Source: Candidatus Binataceae bacterium (lineage in GTDB: Bacteria > Desulfobacterota > Binatia > Binatales > Binataceae). Taken from it: a DNA stretch of 64,000 nucleotides. The notes under the pieces are model-generated. The model did not search any database. It worked only from the letters and a program-made list of their open reading frames with translations, and was not told the DNA's origin. Positions 29,075 through 40,577 of this stretch are shown in pieces. Made by a program: the position numbers and the translations under genes. The stretch is taken from contig DASXFX010000063.1 of assembly GCA_036489375.1 (NCBI GenBank), forward strand, positions 6,989 to 70,988. Reading direction: 5' to 3'. Every line of letters begins with the position of its first letter. The first letter of the stretch is position 1.

Positions 29075-29530
29075 ATGAGCACTGCCGGTCTTGAAGAGCG
29101 CCTCACGGTGCTCGCCGACATCGAAGCAATCAAGCATCTCAAGGCCCGCTACTGCAATGTTTGCGACACCGGCTACGACCCCGACAAGATCGTCGCGCTC
29201 TTCACGGAAGACGGCATCTGGGAAGGCGGCGAATTCGGCACGGCAACCGGCCATGGCGCGATCCGCGCGATGTTCGAGGGTCTGCATAAGGCGGTCAGCT
29301 TCGCACAGCACAACGCGATGAATCCAATAATCGAGGTGACGGGCAACCGCGCCACGGGACTCTGGTATCTCTTCTGCCCTTACACTTCGCGTGCGAATAA
29401 CCGCGCCTGCTGGATTGCCGGAAAATACGAAGACGAATATGTCAAAGTCAACGGCGAATGGAAATTTCAGCACCTGCGCGCGATTATCAGGATGCATGCC
29501 CGCTATGAAGAGGGTTGGAGCAAAAAGTAA
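29075..29530 (+). CDS. NTF2-like/SnoaL-like protein
   Basis: IKHLKARYCNVCDTGYDPDKIVALFTEDG matches the NTF2-like superfamily. Confidence 0.7.
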   Translation: MSTAGLEERLTVLADIEAIKHLKARYCNVCDTGYDPDKIVALFTEDGIWEGGEFGTATGHGAIRAMFEGLHKAVSFAQHNAMNPIIEVTGNRATGLWYLFCPYTSRANNRACWIAGKYEDEYVKVNGEWKFQHLRAIIRMHARYEEGWSKK

Positions 29531-29594
29531 GAGCCGATTTTCGCGAGGTCATTGCCCCACACTAATTAGCTTGCAGGTAATTCGATCGCTTATT

Positions 29595-30269
29595 ATGCGC
29601 CACTGGCTGTCATTCTTAACGTCCCTCGCCCGACTAGTCGCGATCCTGGCACTGGTAACATTTGCCTACGGAGTAGCATGCGCCGCTGATTCGAGTGTAA
29701 CCGAGTCAGCGCCTAAGCCCGTCACCGCCCCGAACGCACCGGCGGCGGCCAGCGCCCCATCGGTCTCGGGAACCACGGAACCAAACTATGGCGGCGATTC
29801 CAATGAGGCCCGCGCGCGCGCACTGGTTAGCGCAGCGATCAACCTGACCGACAGCGATCGCGCCGTGAAGCTGCTATGGCAAGCGACCGAAATCGATCCC
29901 ACACTACCGGAGGCCTACATCTACCTTGGCCTCTATTACAATTCGCGATCGAACTTCGGCAAAGTGGTAGAGGTCTATCAAAAGCTGGTCAAGTTCGAAC
30001 CTAAGGAGGTTAGCGCCTACCTCAACATTGGTGAGGCTTACATGTCATTTCAGCCGCCTAAGATGGATCAAGCCATGCCGTATTACCGAAAGGCGCTGGA
30101 AGTCGATCCTTCTTCCTCGTTTGCGGCTCTGCGGCTCGGCGAGATTTTGGCCCAGCAAGGAAATCGTGAAGAAGCCGTCAAGTTTTTACGGCTAGCGAGC
30201 GCCGACCGCGCAAAAAATCCTGACGTCGCCGATCAGGCGGACAAATACCTGCACGACATAGGCTCCTGA
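29595..30269 (+). CDS. secreted tetratricopeptide-repeat protein
   Basis: Signal peptide then TPR-like repeats (AYIYLGLYY..., AYLNIGEAY..., ALRLGEIL). Confidence 0.65.
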   Translation: MRHWLSFLTSLARLVAILALVTFAYGVACAADSSVTESAPKPVTAPNAPAAASAPSVSGTTEPNYGGDSNEARARALVSAAINLTDSDRAVKLLWQATEIDPTLPEAYIYLGLYYNSRSNFGKVVEVYQKLVKFEPKEVSAYLNIGEAYMSFQPPKMDQAMPYYRKALEVDPSSSFAALRLGEILAQQGNREEAVKFLRLASADRAKNPDVADQADKYLHDIGS

Positions 30270-30476
30270 CGGAACCGTCCTCCCTAGGGGACTGACGACG
30301 AACTGTAAGCGGGCGACGCTTGTGCCGCATCGCTGCGTCGGCCCACTTCACATGCTTCGGCGCGGGGCTGGCGTTCAAGCCTCGACTGAGTCGTTTTGCT
30401 CGTGAGCGCGCCGAGCACACCTCTGCTTAGTACGTAACGTGCGCGCCCCTCGATTACACTTATGGTAGAAAGTCTT

Positions 30477-31088
30477 TCAGCCGCGCGGAGGCGGCGCCAA
30501 TCCCGCGTTCACCAAGTCGGCGGGCGTATCGAGATCGAGGACCACCCCTGGGTCGTCGACGTCAACGTACAGAACGCGTTCGGGCTTAGCGTTCACCACG
30601 ACCCGGGCACCTTGATCCTCCGGCGCAGCCATCAGCTCGGCAAACACCGAGCGGTCGAAAATCACTGGATGGCCGCGGCGTCCGCGATAGCGAGCAACGA
30701 CTATCGGGTTGGCTGAGGCTCGGAAGTTCGCTACCGTCGCGCGGAACGTATCAGGCGAAACCAAAGGATGGTCGGCAAGGTGGACAATCACCGCGTCTGC
30801 GCGCTCGTCGATCGCCGCCGTCAGTCCCACTTTAAGTGACGAAAGCTGGCCGCGCACAAAATTCGGATTCTCAACCACGAGAATCCGCGGATGCGGAGCG
30901 ATTGCCGGACGGACACGATCGGCGTGAGCACCGAGTACGATTACCACCCGGCCCGCCACACCCAAGGCGAGGTCGGTAGTGCGGGCTATGAAGCTTTCGG
31001 AATCAACCCGTAGGAGCGGCTTAGGATACCCCATGCGGCGTGACTCGCCGGCGGCAAGCAGAATCGCGACGATGCGCTCGGAGCTCAA
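30477..31088 (-). CDS. MobA/MocA-like nucleotidyltransferase (molybdenum cofactor cytidylyl/guanylyl-transferase)
   Basis: AILLAAGESRRMGYPKPL N-terminal NTP-transferase motif. Confidence 0.75.
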   Translation of the reverse strand: MSSERIVAILLAAGESRRMGYPKPLLRVDSESFIARTTDLALGVAGRVVIVLGAHADRVRPAIAPHPRILVVENPNFVRGQLSSLKVGLTAAIDERADAVIVHLADHPLVSPDTFRATVANFRASANPIVVARYRGRRGHPVIFDRSVFAELMAAPEDQGARVVVNAKPERVLYVDVDDPGVVLDLDTPADLVNAGLAPPPRG

Positions 31089-31106
31089 ATCGATTCGCGG
31101 AGACCG

Positions 31107-32255
<1,149 letters not shown>

Positions 32256-32546
32256 CTAAATCGACTCTAAGTCCCCGCGTAATTCGCCGACAAACCTGGA
32301 CTCGCTCGCGACCGACGGATCTTGCTCTCGGAGGAGCAGGAACAAAAGCCCTGGCCGCTGCTTGAGCTCACCTTATTCTGACCCGAACGCGCGAAGGTTT
32401 CCAGTGGAACCGACTGTAAGCCGTCCTGTTCCAAGCGTATTGCGCCAAACCGCGGAGATGTCTCTGCTGATTTAATTGCACTCGACCGCTAGCCGATGCG
32501 AAGTGGATTAGGCGAGCGACGCCGCGGTCTTGCCGCAGTGATATTT

Positions 32547-33785
32547 TTAGTTTCGCTGATCGACGCTCGGGGTAGAATCGCGAGCAAGCTGGCGACGACC
32601 GCTTTCCTCGGCTAATCCATAGCGCGTCAACATCCGATAGAGAGTTGAACGGGAGATGCCCAACAAATCGGCGGCGCGCCGTCGATTCCCCTCGGTTTCC
32701 TCCAGCGAACGCTTCAGCGTGCGCTTGATCACTTCGTCGAGCAGCAGGGGTTCGCGCGTCCGACCGTTCGTCTCACTCGCGGCCCCGCTTACCGCGTCGG
32801 GCACGACGCCACTTCCATTGGTCGAGCCGTTGAGGGCAATGTCAGGGATCGAATCTGCGGTTCGGGTGCCCTCGTCAACCGTGGCGCGGGAAAGGTAATC
32901 GGGGAATACCGGAAGATCGATCCGATCGTCGTCGGAGAGCATCACGGCGCTTTGAATCGCGTGCGCGAACTCGCGAACGTTGCCGGGCCAGTCGTAGGCC
33001 TGCAGGGCGGCGATCGCACGCCGCGCAAGGAAGCGGATCTGTTTGCCGAATAGGCGGTTGTAATGTTCCGTGAAATGTACCGCGAGCGCCTCGATCGCGT
33101 CGCGCCGCTCGCGCAGCGGAGGCACCAGGATGGCGGTCGCATTCAGCCGATAATAAAGGTCGTCGCGAAACGCGGCCGCCTTGACCATCGCACGAAGATC
33201 TCGATTGGTCGCGGCTATCAGTCGGATATCGACCTTGTAGCTATGCGCCGAGCCGACCGGTTGCACCTCGTGAGTCTCAACCGCGCGCAACAGCTTGGGC
33301 TGCAAATGGAGTGGCAATTCTCCGATCTCGTCGAGAAACAAAGTCCCGCCATTGGCCGAGCGAAAGTAGCCGAGCGAGTCCTCGCGCGCATCGGTGAAGG
33401 CACCGCGGATGTGGCCGAACAGTTGCGACTCCGCCAACGCATCAACCAGGTTGGAACAGTTGAAGGTCACGAACGGGCCCTTCGGCACTGAACCCAGCGT
33501 GTGCAGCGCGCGCGCCACCAACTCCTTACCCGTTCCCGACTCGCCATGAATCAGCACAGACGCCTTGTACGGTCCCAGCCGCTGAATCGTTTTCAGCACG
33601 CGTCGCATGTTCTGCGACTTCACCACCATCCCCCCGATCACGTCACACTCAATGGCGAACAATTCGACATCAAGCCACTCGCCATCAATGCCAGCGGCGC
33701 CCTCCCCGGCCGCTTCAACCGTACCACCGTTCAACCGAGTTTCATCATAATCCAAGTTGCAACCCCGCAGCGGACACGTACCCAT
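32547..33785 (-). CDS. sigma-54-dependent transcriptional activator (AAA+ and Fis-type HTH; no N-terminal sensor domain)
   Basis: GESGTGKE Walker A, a GAFTDA-type sigma-54 contact motif and a C-terminal HTH (LLGISRSTLYRML). Confidence 0.85.
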   Translation of the reverse strand: MGTCPLRGCNLDYDETRLNGGTVEAAGEGAAGIDGEWLDVELFAIECDVIGGMVVKSQNMRRVLKTIQRLGPYKASVLIHGESGTGKELVARALHTLGSVPKGPFVTFNCSNLVDALAESQLFGHIRGAFTDAREDSLGYFRSANGGTLFLDEIGELPLHLQPKLLRAVETHEVQPVGSAHSYKVDIRLIAATNRDLRAMVKAAAFRDDLYYRLNATAILVPPLRERRDAIEALAVHFTEHYNRLFGKQIRFLARRAIAALQAYDWPGNVREFAHAIQSAVMLSDDDRIDLPVFPDYLSRATVDEGTRTADSIPDIALNGSTNGSGVVPDAVSGAASETNGRTREPLLLDEVIKRTLKRSLEETEGNRRRAADLLGISRSTLYRMLTRYGLAEESGRRQLARDSTPSVDQRN

Positions 33786-33963
33786 ATGCCCAAGAACCCA
33801 TCGCCATTAGATAGAGCAAACAGCAGGCCATCGAGAGTGCGACTGCAGGGAGGAATAGCCGGCACTAGGCGCAGAGAAAGCGCAAGATTAAGCCGACAAT
33901 TTATTGGCTGATAGGCCGCAAATTGGCGGCGCTGGGTATCAAAATGAGACTTCGCCGCGGAAT

Positions 33964-34413
33964 CTATACACCGAGCACGTCGGCCAGCACTTGCGCCGGA
34001 TGGTCGCGTGGATTCACCTGATCGTAGATTCGCACAAGATTGCCGTCCTCGTCGATTAGGAAGCTTATGCGGTCAGCATAGCGCGCCTTGCTATCGGCAC
34101 AGGCGCCGTACGCGAGGCCGACACTGCGATCGGTATCGCAGAGCAATGGAAATGGAAACTCGTGCTTCTCGGCGAATGCAGCGTTCTGCTCGACATCGTT
34201 AAAGCTGATGCCCAGAACCTGGATATTGTTCTGCTCGAAATCGCCAATCTGATCGCGAAACCCGCGGCCCTCAGCCGTGCAGCCTGGCGTGTCTGCTTCA
34301 GGGTAGAACCACAGCAGCACCTTGCGGCCGCGTAATTTTGCGAGCGCAATCTGCTTGCCCGCGTGAGTCATGAGTGCAAAGTCAGGTGCCGGTTCGCCAA
34401 CCTTCGGCATCAT
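33964..34413 (-). CDS. bcp: peroxiredoxin (Bcp-type thiol peroxidase)
   Basis: FYPEADTPGCTAE peroxidatic Cys motif. Confidence 0.85.
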   Translation of the reverse strand: MMPKVGEPAPDFALMTHAGKQIALAKLRGRKVLLWFYPEADTPGCTAEGRGFRDQIGDFEQNNIQVLGISFNDVEQNAAFAEKHEFPFPLLCDTDRSVGLAYGACADSKARYADRISFLIDEDGNLVRIYDQVNPRDHPAQVLADVLGV

Positions 34414-34527
34414 CGAAATACTCCTTCCCCACCAAATTAGGTCGCGTTCGATATCATGCGCATACCAAGTGCCCCAACGACATCATCGCACTTATTCAGC
34501 ATAACGTTGATTGGGATCACGGAACCT

Positions 34528-35061
34528 TTAGTTCAGCAGCGCCCGCAACTGTTCAATCATCTCGAGGCACGATGCCTCACCCGGCTCGATTGCGAGCGCC
34601 CCTTCGAACTCTTCGATTGCCCGCAGGACCATCCCCTTGGCAGCGTAGAGGCGGCCGAGGTTCATGAAAGGATAATGACGCGGCTCGTAGCGGGGCGCAC
34701 TCTTGGCCTTTTCGAACCATTCGACGGCGCCGTCCAGATCGCCCTTCGACATGAGGTACGATCCGATATCGTTGTAGGGATTGCCGAAATCGGGATCGAC
34801 CGCAATCGCTTTGTGGCATTCGGCGATCGCATCGTCGATACGCCCGAGAAAACGAAAGGCCCATCCGCGAAAGGTGTAAGCCTCCGCCGTCGGAAAGACC
34901 TCCAACGATTCACTGTAGAAAGCGATGGCGTTCTGGAAATCGCCCTGCATATGATACGCGACGCCTTGGTTCCAAAGTTCCATGGCACGTTGCTTGAGCG
35001 CAGCCTCACCCATATATCGACGGATATTGCCAGCGGACGACGACGTCAATAGGCAGGCCAC
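34528..35061 (-). CDS. tetratricopeptide-repeat protein (cytoplasmic; trails the tad genes)
   Basis: Several TPR units (AIAFYSESL, AYTFRGWAF, AIAVDP). No signal peptide is visible. Confidence 0.7.
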   Translation of the reverse strand: MACLLTSSSAGNIRRYMGEAALKQRAMELWNQGVAYHMQGDFQNAIAFYSESLEVFPTAEAYTFRGWAFRFLGRIDDAIAECHKAIAVDPDFGNPYNDIGSYLMSKGDLDGAVEWFEKAKSAPRYEPRHYPFMNLGRLYAAKGMVLRAIEEFEGALAIEPGEASCLEMIEQLRALLN

Positions 35062-35077
35062 CTCGGAGCAACGACTG

Positions 35078-36016
35078 TTACGAGGAACTCAGAGTACGGA
35101 CGGCCTGAATCACAGCCGGCGCGAGCAGCACAATCAACATCGCGGGTAAGATGAACAGCACCAGCGGGAACAAAATCTTGATGGTGCTTTTCTGCGCGGC
35201 TTCTTCGGCGCGAAGACGTCGCTTGGTGCGCAATGAATCCGAACTGGAGCGCAACGCGGGCCCGATTTGAGAGCCGAGTTGCTCGCTCTGGATGAGCGTG
35301 GCGGCCAACGGCCTGATGTCCTCGACCGCGGTGCGCTCCGCCAGATTGCGCAGCGCCTGTCCAAGCGAGCCGCCCGCCGCAACTTCGACCGAGACCAAGG
35401 CCAGTTCGGTGCCGATCGCTTGTCCCTGGCGATCGGTTTCGTCGCCGACGATCTTGATCGCCTCGAACAGCCCCAGGCCCGCCTCCACACAAACGACCAA
35501 CAAATCGAGCACGTCGGAGAGCTGGCGGGCGATATCCTTTTGGCGCCGATTCGCGCGCCGGCGCAGATAGTACAGCGGTCCGAAGTAGCCGATCGCGAGC
35601 GATCCGATGACCGCTAACGCCACTCGCGCGGCGGGCAAGTCCAAGACGGTCGCCGCGACTATCCCGACAATTCCGGTTACGGCCAATGCGATGATGCGAG
35701 CCAATTGAAAGGTGCGCAGCGCGCCCGATCGAACGAATCCGGCCCGCACCAGGGTATGGATTATCTTGTCTGACGATGGTGACGCCTTGGGCTTGGGCAT
35801 TCGCTGCAAGGCCCACTGGAACAGCGAACGCGCCAATCCTTGCGGCTCGCGGCCCCCGGCGAAACTCCCGTCGCCTTCGGACGCCTGCATCCTGATCGCC
35901 ATTTCGGCGAAGTGCTCCTGAAACACGCGATGGCCGCCGTAGAACGCCACGTAAACCGCCATTCCAGCCACGCCCAACATGCAGAAGATCGCCGTGCTGA
36001 TCAGTATCGCGCTCAT
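35078..36016 (-). CDS. tadC: type II secretion system F-family protein (TadC-like)
   Basis: T2SSF-domain membrane protein; adjacent to tadB and cpaF. Confidence 0.8.
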   Translation of the reverse strand: MSAILISTAIFCMLGVAGMAVYVAFYGGHRVFQEHFAEMAIRMQASEGDGSFAGGREPQGLARSLFQWALQRMPKPKASPSSDKIIHTLVRAGFVRSGALRTFQLARIIALAVTGIVGIVAATVLDLPAARVALAVIGSLAIGYFGPLYYLRRRANRRQKDIARQLSDVLDLLVVCVEAGLGLFEAIKIVGDETDRQGQAIGTELALVSVEVAAGGSLGQALRNLAERTAVEDIRPLAATLIQSEQLGSQIGPALRSSSDSLRTKRRLRAEEAAQKSTIKILFPLVLFILPAMLIVLLAPAVIQAVRTLSSS

Positions 36017-36017
36017 T

Positions 36018-36992
36018 TCAGAAATCCACCTTGAGGATTCGTCGAATGGTAAGCAGCGCCATCAGATCGAGCCCGATTGCGAGCTTGAGCGCCAGAATTC
36101 CTGAAGGATCGAAAAACAAGACGCGCGCGTACCCCGGTTGCACGAGGCTGAAGATCGAGAGCACGATCGCCGGCAGCAATCCGACCACCAATCCGCTCAT
36201 GCGCGACTGCGCCGTCATCGTGCGAATTTGTTGTTGCAGCCGCTGGCGGGTGCGTACGATCTCGGACAACCTGCCGATGATCTGCGCGAGACTGCTGCCC
36301 ACTTCGCTCTGAACCTTGATCGCGACCACCAGCAGCCGCAGATCGTCCTCAGGCATCCGCTTGAGCAGTTCCTCGAGTGCCCGCGTCAGCGGCATTCCGA
36401 GCCTGCTTTGCTCCAGCACGGTGCGAAACTCTCCACCGAGGGGATCGGCGAATTCCTGCACCAGCACCTGTAATCCGCGCAGCAACGAGTGTCCCGCCTC
36501 GAGCGAGGATTTGATCAGATCGAGCGCGGAGGGCAATTGCAGATTGAACAAGCGGATCCGCCGCTTGCGCCTGAAGCGAATGTAAAATAGCGGCACCGCG
36601 CCCATCGCCAATCCGATCACGAGCGACATCAGCGTGTCGCTCAAGATGGCTTTGCTCAGGGCAAAGCCGACTCCGAACATCATCACGATGATCAGCAGCA
36701 TCTGCGAGACCCGCATGTAGAGTCCCGCCTGCCACATCTGCTCCTCAAGGCTGTTCAGCAGATGGATCCGATAGATGACCTCGAGCAATTCTTCGCGCCG
36801 GTTGCTCGCTTGCCGGCGACTCAAGCGTCCCCCGGTACGAATCAGGCCTTCGGTGGTACGATCGACCGCAGTGCGGGTGACATCTTCGAGCAATTCCGCC
36901 GCACGACGATTGTCGCCGTGTCCCCCGTTCATTAGAACCAGGACCACCGCCACGACCAGGCCAAAAATTCCTCCGGCAATAATTAAGTCCAT
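36018..36992 (-). CDS. tadB: type II secretion system F-family protein (TadB-like)
   Basis: T2SSF-domain membrane protein; adjacent to tadC and cpaF. Confidence 0.8.
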   Translation of the reverse strand: MDLIIAGGIFGLVVAVVLVLMNGGHGDNRRAAELLEDVTRTAVDRTTEGLIRTGGRLSRRQASNRREELLEVIYRIHLLNSLEEQMWQAGLYMRVSQMLLIIVMMFGVGFALSKAILSDTLMSLVIGLAMGAVPLFYIRFRRKRRIRLFNLQLPSALDLIKSSLEAGHSLLRGLQVLVQEFADPLGGEFRTVLEQSRLGMPLTRALEELLKRMPEDDLRLLVVAIKVQSEVGSSLAQIIGRLSEIVRTRQRLQQQIRTMTAQSRMSGLVVGLLPAIVLSIFSLVQPGYARVLFFDPSGILALKLAIGLDLMALLTIRRILKVDF

Positions 36993-37021
36993 AAACTATT
37001 GGGCCTTCGTCACCGGTCTCA

Positions 37022-38410
37022 TCAGTGCGTGTTGGCGCGGACCGACGGCCGCGGCTGCGTCATGTCGAGCTTGAAGCCGGCGACTTCGATCTGATGGGCG
37101 TAATACGATCGGATGCCAGTCGAGTGGTAGGTGCCGACGACCTTGCCATCCGCACCGACCTCTGTACGAGTGAATTCGAAGAGGTCCTGCATCATGATGG
37201 TTTCGCCTTCCATGCCGCTGATCTCGGAGATCTTCATAAGTTTGCGAGTCCCGTCGGAAAGACGGCTGACGTGGACGATCATGTTGATGGCGGAAGCAAT
37301 CTGCTGGCGCATTGCACGCTGCGGGATCGAGAAGCCGCCGAGCAGCATCATCATCTCGAGCCGCCCGATCGATTCGCGCGGGCTGTTGGCGTGAATCGTG
37401 GCGATGGAGCCGTCATGGCCGGTCGACATCGCCTGCAGCATGTCGTAAACCTCGGAACTCCGAACCTCGCCGACGATAATGCGATCGGGCCGCATTCGCA
37501 GGCAGTTCTTGACCAAGTCGCGCTGCGTTACCTCGCCCTTGCGCTCAAGGTTCATCGGCCGGGTTTCGAGCCGAACGACGTGCGGCTGCTGCAGTGAGAG
37601 CTCGGCCGAATCTTCGATCGTAACGATGCGCTCGTCTTCCGGGATAAAACCCGACAGACAGTTCAACATAGTCGTTTTGCCGGAACCGGTGCCGCCGCAC
37701 ACGATGATATTAAGGCGGGCCTTGACGATCGCGCGCAGGAAATCGCACATTTCGCGCGACAGCGAACCCTTGTCCACCAACGCTTCGATATCGTAGCGGC
37801 GCTTGCCGAAGCGCCGGATCGAGAGCGCTGGACCGTCGAGCGCGAGCGGCGGAATAATCGCGTTGATACGCGAGCCGTCGCGCAAACGTGCGTCAACCAT
37901 CGGCGAAGATTCATCCACCCGGCGTCCGACCTGGGACACAATGCGATCGATGATCAGCATCAGATGCTGGTCGTCCTGGAAGGTCACGTCGGTGTGATGC
38001 AGCTTGCCGAACTTTTCGACGTAAACCATCGAATGGCCGTTGACGAGAATATCGGTGATGTCATCGTCGTGGAGCAGCGGCTCGAGCGGCCCGAGCCCGA
38101 GTAGTTCGTTTTTTATCTCGCTGATAAGGCGCGCCCGATCAATATCGGTCAGCAAGCGCCCCTCGTCGTTGAGCGTATCATTAATCGCAGAGGTGACTTT
38201 GCCTGACACCATCGCGGGCTCGAGGGCGTCTAGCTTGGAGACGTCGAGGGTTTCGAGCAGACGGTTATGAACGCGAATCTTGAGCCGGCGCGATCCTTCT
38301 GCGATATCGTCGCGCTTACGCATCGCCGTGCCTCCAATCAGCGAGCCGGCGGGCGCTTCCGCGGTGGTCACTGCGCCGCTGTTTTGCGAGAGCCGATCGA
38401 CAAGCCTCAT
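37022..38410 (-). CDS. cpaF: CpaF/TadA-family secretion ATPase
   Basis: Walker [11 protein letters not shown] and VirB11-like architecture. Confidence 0.9.
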   Translation of the reverse strand: MRLVDRLSQNSGAVTTAEAPAGSLIGGTAMRKRDDIAEGSRRLKIRVHNRLLETLDVSKLDALEPAMVSGKVTSAINDTLNDEGRLLTDIDRARLISEIKNELLGLGPLEPLLHDDDITDILVNGHSMVYVEKFGKLHHTDVTFQDDQHLMLIIDRIVSQVGRRVDESSPMVDARLRDGSRINAIIPPLALDGPALSIRRFGKRRYDIEALVDKGSLSREMCDFLRAIVKARLNIIVCGGTGSGKTTMLNCLSGFIPEDERIVTIEDSAELSLQQPHVVRLETRPMNLERKGEVTQRDLVKNCLRMRPDRIIVGEVRSSEVYDMLQAMSTGHDGSIATIHANSPRESIGRLEMMMLLGGFSIPQRAMRQQIASAINMIVHVSRLSDGTRKLMKISEISGMEGETIMMQDLFEFTRTEVGADGKVVGTYHSTGIRSYYAHQIEVAGFKLDMTQPRPSVRANTH

Positions 38411-38470
38411 GATGATTCCTTGATGGACCTTTGCGAAATTGACTGACTAATGAGCAGGATTGGGATGTTG

Positions 38471-39688
38471 TCAGGCCCGTGCGCCAAAGGCTCCAAACAA
38501 GCGCGTGACTAATCCCGGACTTTCCTCGGCGACCGGTTCGCGCCGCGCGTTAATTCGACGGGCTAGCGCTTCGATCGCCCGTGCCAGCGCCGAGCTAGGC
38601 CCGGCTTGCCACAGGTCCTGCACGCGCAGCTGCATCTTCTCAAGCATGCGATCGTCGCGCGGCAGCCTGGCAAAACAACTCACCCCCATCGACTGAACGA
38701 GAGCCGCTTCGCTCACTGCGTTGTGCGGATCGAACTTGTTGAGCACGAACCGCGGCTGATCCAAACGCAAGCCAAGACGCCCGAATAATTCACGGAAACG
38801 TCCCGCCCCGCGAGCGGCGACCAGCGATTGGTCGACGACATAAAGCAGTTCGTCGCAACGTTCCCACGCAGCCACCGCGTTTTCATCGACGTGGTTGCCA
38901 CAATCCACCACGACGAAGTCGAACAGTTGACGCATGAGATCGAGCACTACGCCGACCGTGATGTCGGAGACACGTTCGGCGTCTTCGAGCCGTTTGGGCG
39001 CCGCCAGCAGGTAGATTCCCGACGGATGCTTGGTCAGTGCGGCCTCGAGCTTGAGTGAGTCGAGCCGGCTGGTGAATTCAATCAGCGCGGCGATGGTCTG
39101 CTCGGGATCCAGATGGAGCACCGGGTTGAGACCACCGTTCTGCAAGTCCAGATCTACCACCGCCGCACGCTTGCCGAAGACATAACGCATCACGAGGGCG
39201 AGGTTGGCGGCCAGCGTGGTGACACCGACCCCGCCTACCAGACCGGCGACCGCAAAGATCAGTCCGCCTTCCACGCGTTCAGCCCGGCGCCGCCCTTCGC
39301 TCAACTTCATCAGAGCGCGGGTCACGTCGAGCGCCTCCAGCGGCAGTAGAAGCAATTCATCGGCACCCGCGTGAAGCACCCGCCGCATCAGCACCGCGGA
39401 GTGATCCTGCAACAGACCAAAGATTAGCGGGCGTGGCGAACGCCCGGCCTGAGCCTGCAGATAGCCCAACGGAGCGGCCTCATTGCCGTCGAATATCACC
39501 ATCGCGATATCCGGCACCGCGACCTCGTCGATCGCTGCTTGCGGCGACAATTCCACGACTTCGATCGCAGGTTCACTCAGACCCAGCAATACCGCTTTGA
39601 TCGCAGCGCGTACTTCAGTGGCCTCGCCCACCAGATCCACACGCCAGGCGTGACCGTGCTCGGAGCCCTTACCTTCTAATGCCGCCAT
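38471..39688 (-). CDS. cpaE: CpaE/TadZ-like pilus-assembly ATPase (atypical receiver plus MinD/ParA-like domain)
   Basis: Degenerate deviant Walker A GLVGGVGVTT, as is common in TadZ, with a receiver-like N-terminus. Confidence 0.75.
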   Translation of the reverse strand: MAALEGKGSEHGHAWRVDLVGEATEVRAAIKAVLLGLSEPAIEVVELSPQAAIDEVAVPDIAMVIFDGNEAAPLGYLQAQAGRSPRPLIFGLLQDHSAVLMRRVLHAGADELLLLPLEALDVTRALMKLSEGRRRAERVEGGLIFAVAGLVGGVGVTTLAANLALVMRYVFGKRAAVVDLDLQNGGLNPVLHLDPEQTIAALIEFTSRLDSLKLEAALTKHPSGIYLLAAPKRLEDAERVSDITVGVVLDLMRQLFDFVVVDCGNHVDENAVAAWERCDELLYVVDQSLVAARGAGRFRELFGRLGLRLDQPRFVLNKFDPHNAVSEAALVQSMGVSCFARLPRDDRMLEKMQLRVQDLWQAGPSSALARAIEALARRINARREPVAEESPGLVTRLFGAFGARA

Positions 39689-39887
39689 TTCTTCCCACCA
39701 ACCTCATTCACGCCGCCCCAACCAACATCGCCAACCCGATGTGGCGGCACCGCCAATGTTCGAGAAGTCGTCGAGTTTGCCGTGGGGCTTGCCGCATGGC
39801 CTATCCGCAGGCGGACGCCGGCGAAGGATCGTGCCTTCGCCGCCGTCTCCCGAGAGCCCAGGCCTTCGAGCGATCCGACCTCACCTA

Positions 39888-40067
39888 TCAACTGGAGGTC
39901 AGAGACGAATTCACCTTGTTTACCATCGTGTTGATAGACTGGCCCATCACCTGGTAACTGATGAACACGACGACTGCGATGGCAGCGAGAATCAATGCAT
40001 ACTCGGTCATCGTCTGACCGCGGCGCAGGTTGCGTATCTTCACATACATACTTCTGATCGTATCCAT
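39888..40067 (-). CDS. flp: Flp-family type IVb pilin (59 aa; absent from the ORF track)
   Basis: Hand translation gives MDTIRSMYVKIRNLRRGQTMTEYALILAAIAVVVFISYQVMGQSINTMVNKVNSSLTSS. It carries the G/XXXXEY prepilin motif (G-QTMTEY) and a hydrophobic core. It sits directly upstream of cpaE on the same strand. Confidence 0.7.
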   Translation of the reverse strand: MDTIRSMYVKIRNLRRGQTMTEYALILAAIAVVVFISYQVMGQSINTMVNKVNSSLTSS

Positions 40068-40577
40068 TACTGCCGTACTCCTCTTTCTGTTCCTAGACGA
40101 CCTTCGAACATTCCCAGTCCATTATGTCGTTCGTTGTAAACCACTGGCGCCAACGGGGATCTGGCTGATTCTTCTGACCATCTTCACCGAGCCCGATGGT
40201 CCCCGCTGCCTTCTCCGTCTTTACTACTTGAGGAATATATCCAGCACGGGGCGTGCCAATTCGATACTTCCGCTCAAATACTCAGTTCTCCGCGAGTCGC
40301 ACCGACTGCATGTCTCAGAATCAATAATCGTCCGTGCATTTATGAGACAGGATTCGACTTCGTCGAATGTCATATCGACCGAACCGATCCCGGTGATCTT
40401 CGATTGCATATATCTTTGATGCTTTGTCGTTCCGCTGTCCGAGAGTGAAAAGCTGTCAATTCCGAAGGAACGAAAACAGGTAGTAATTCCGGTGTGCGAC
40501 TGAGCTAGGCCTGAATGAGATTTCGATTGACTATTCAGATGCTGCCATAGGGTAGTCCAAGATAGCCCACGAACCCT

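Noticed and set aside
32256-32546. Looked for a sigma-54 -24/-12 promoter (GG-N10-GC) upstream of xdhC, next to the sigma-54 activator.
   Set aside because: No element with correct spacing was found by eye; a model-based scan is needed before claiming one.
39676-39891. 71-aa ORF abutting the Flp gene (at first suspected to be a Flp C-terminal extension).
   Set aside because: Re-reading the sequence shows it is in a different frame from the Flp ORF, which ends at a TGA at 39888. Its Gly/Arg-rich composition looks non-coding.
40030-40419. 129-aa plus-strand ORF with a hydrophobic N-terminus (considered as TadE/F pseudopilin).
   Set aside because: It lies antisense to the Flp gene and within the AT-rich promoter region, and has poor coding composition.
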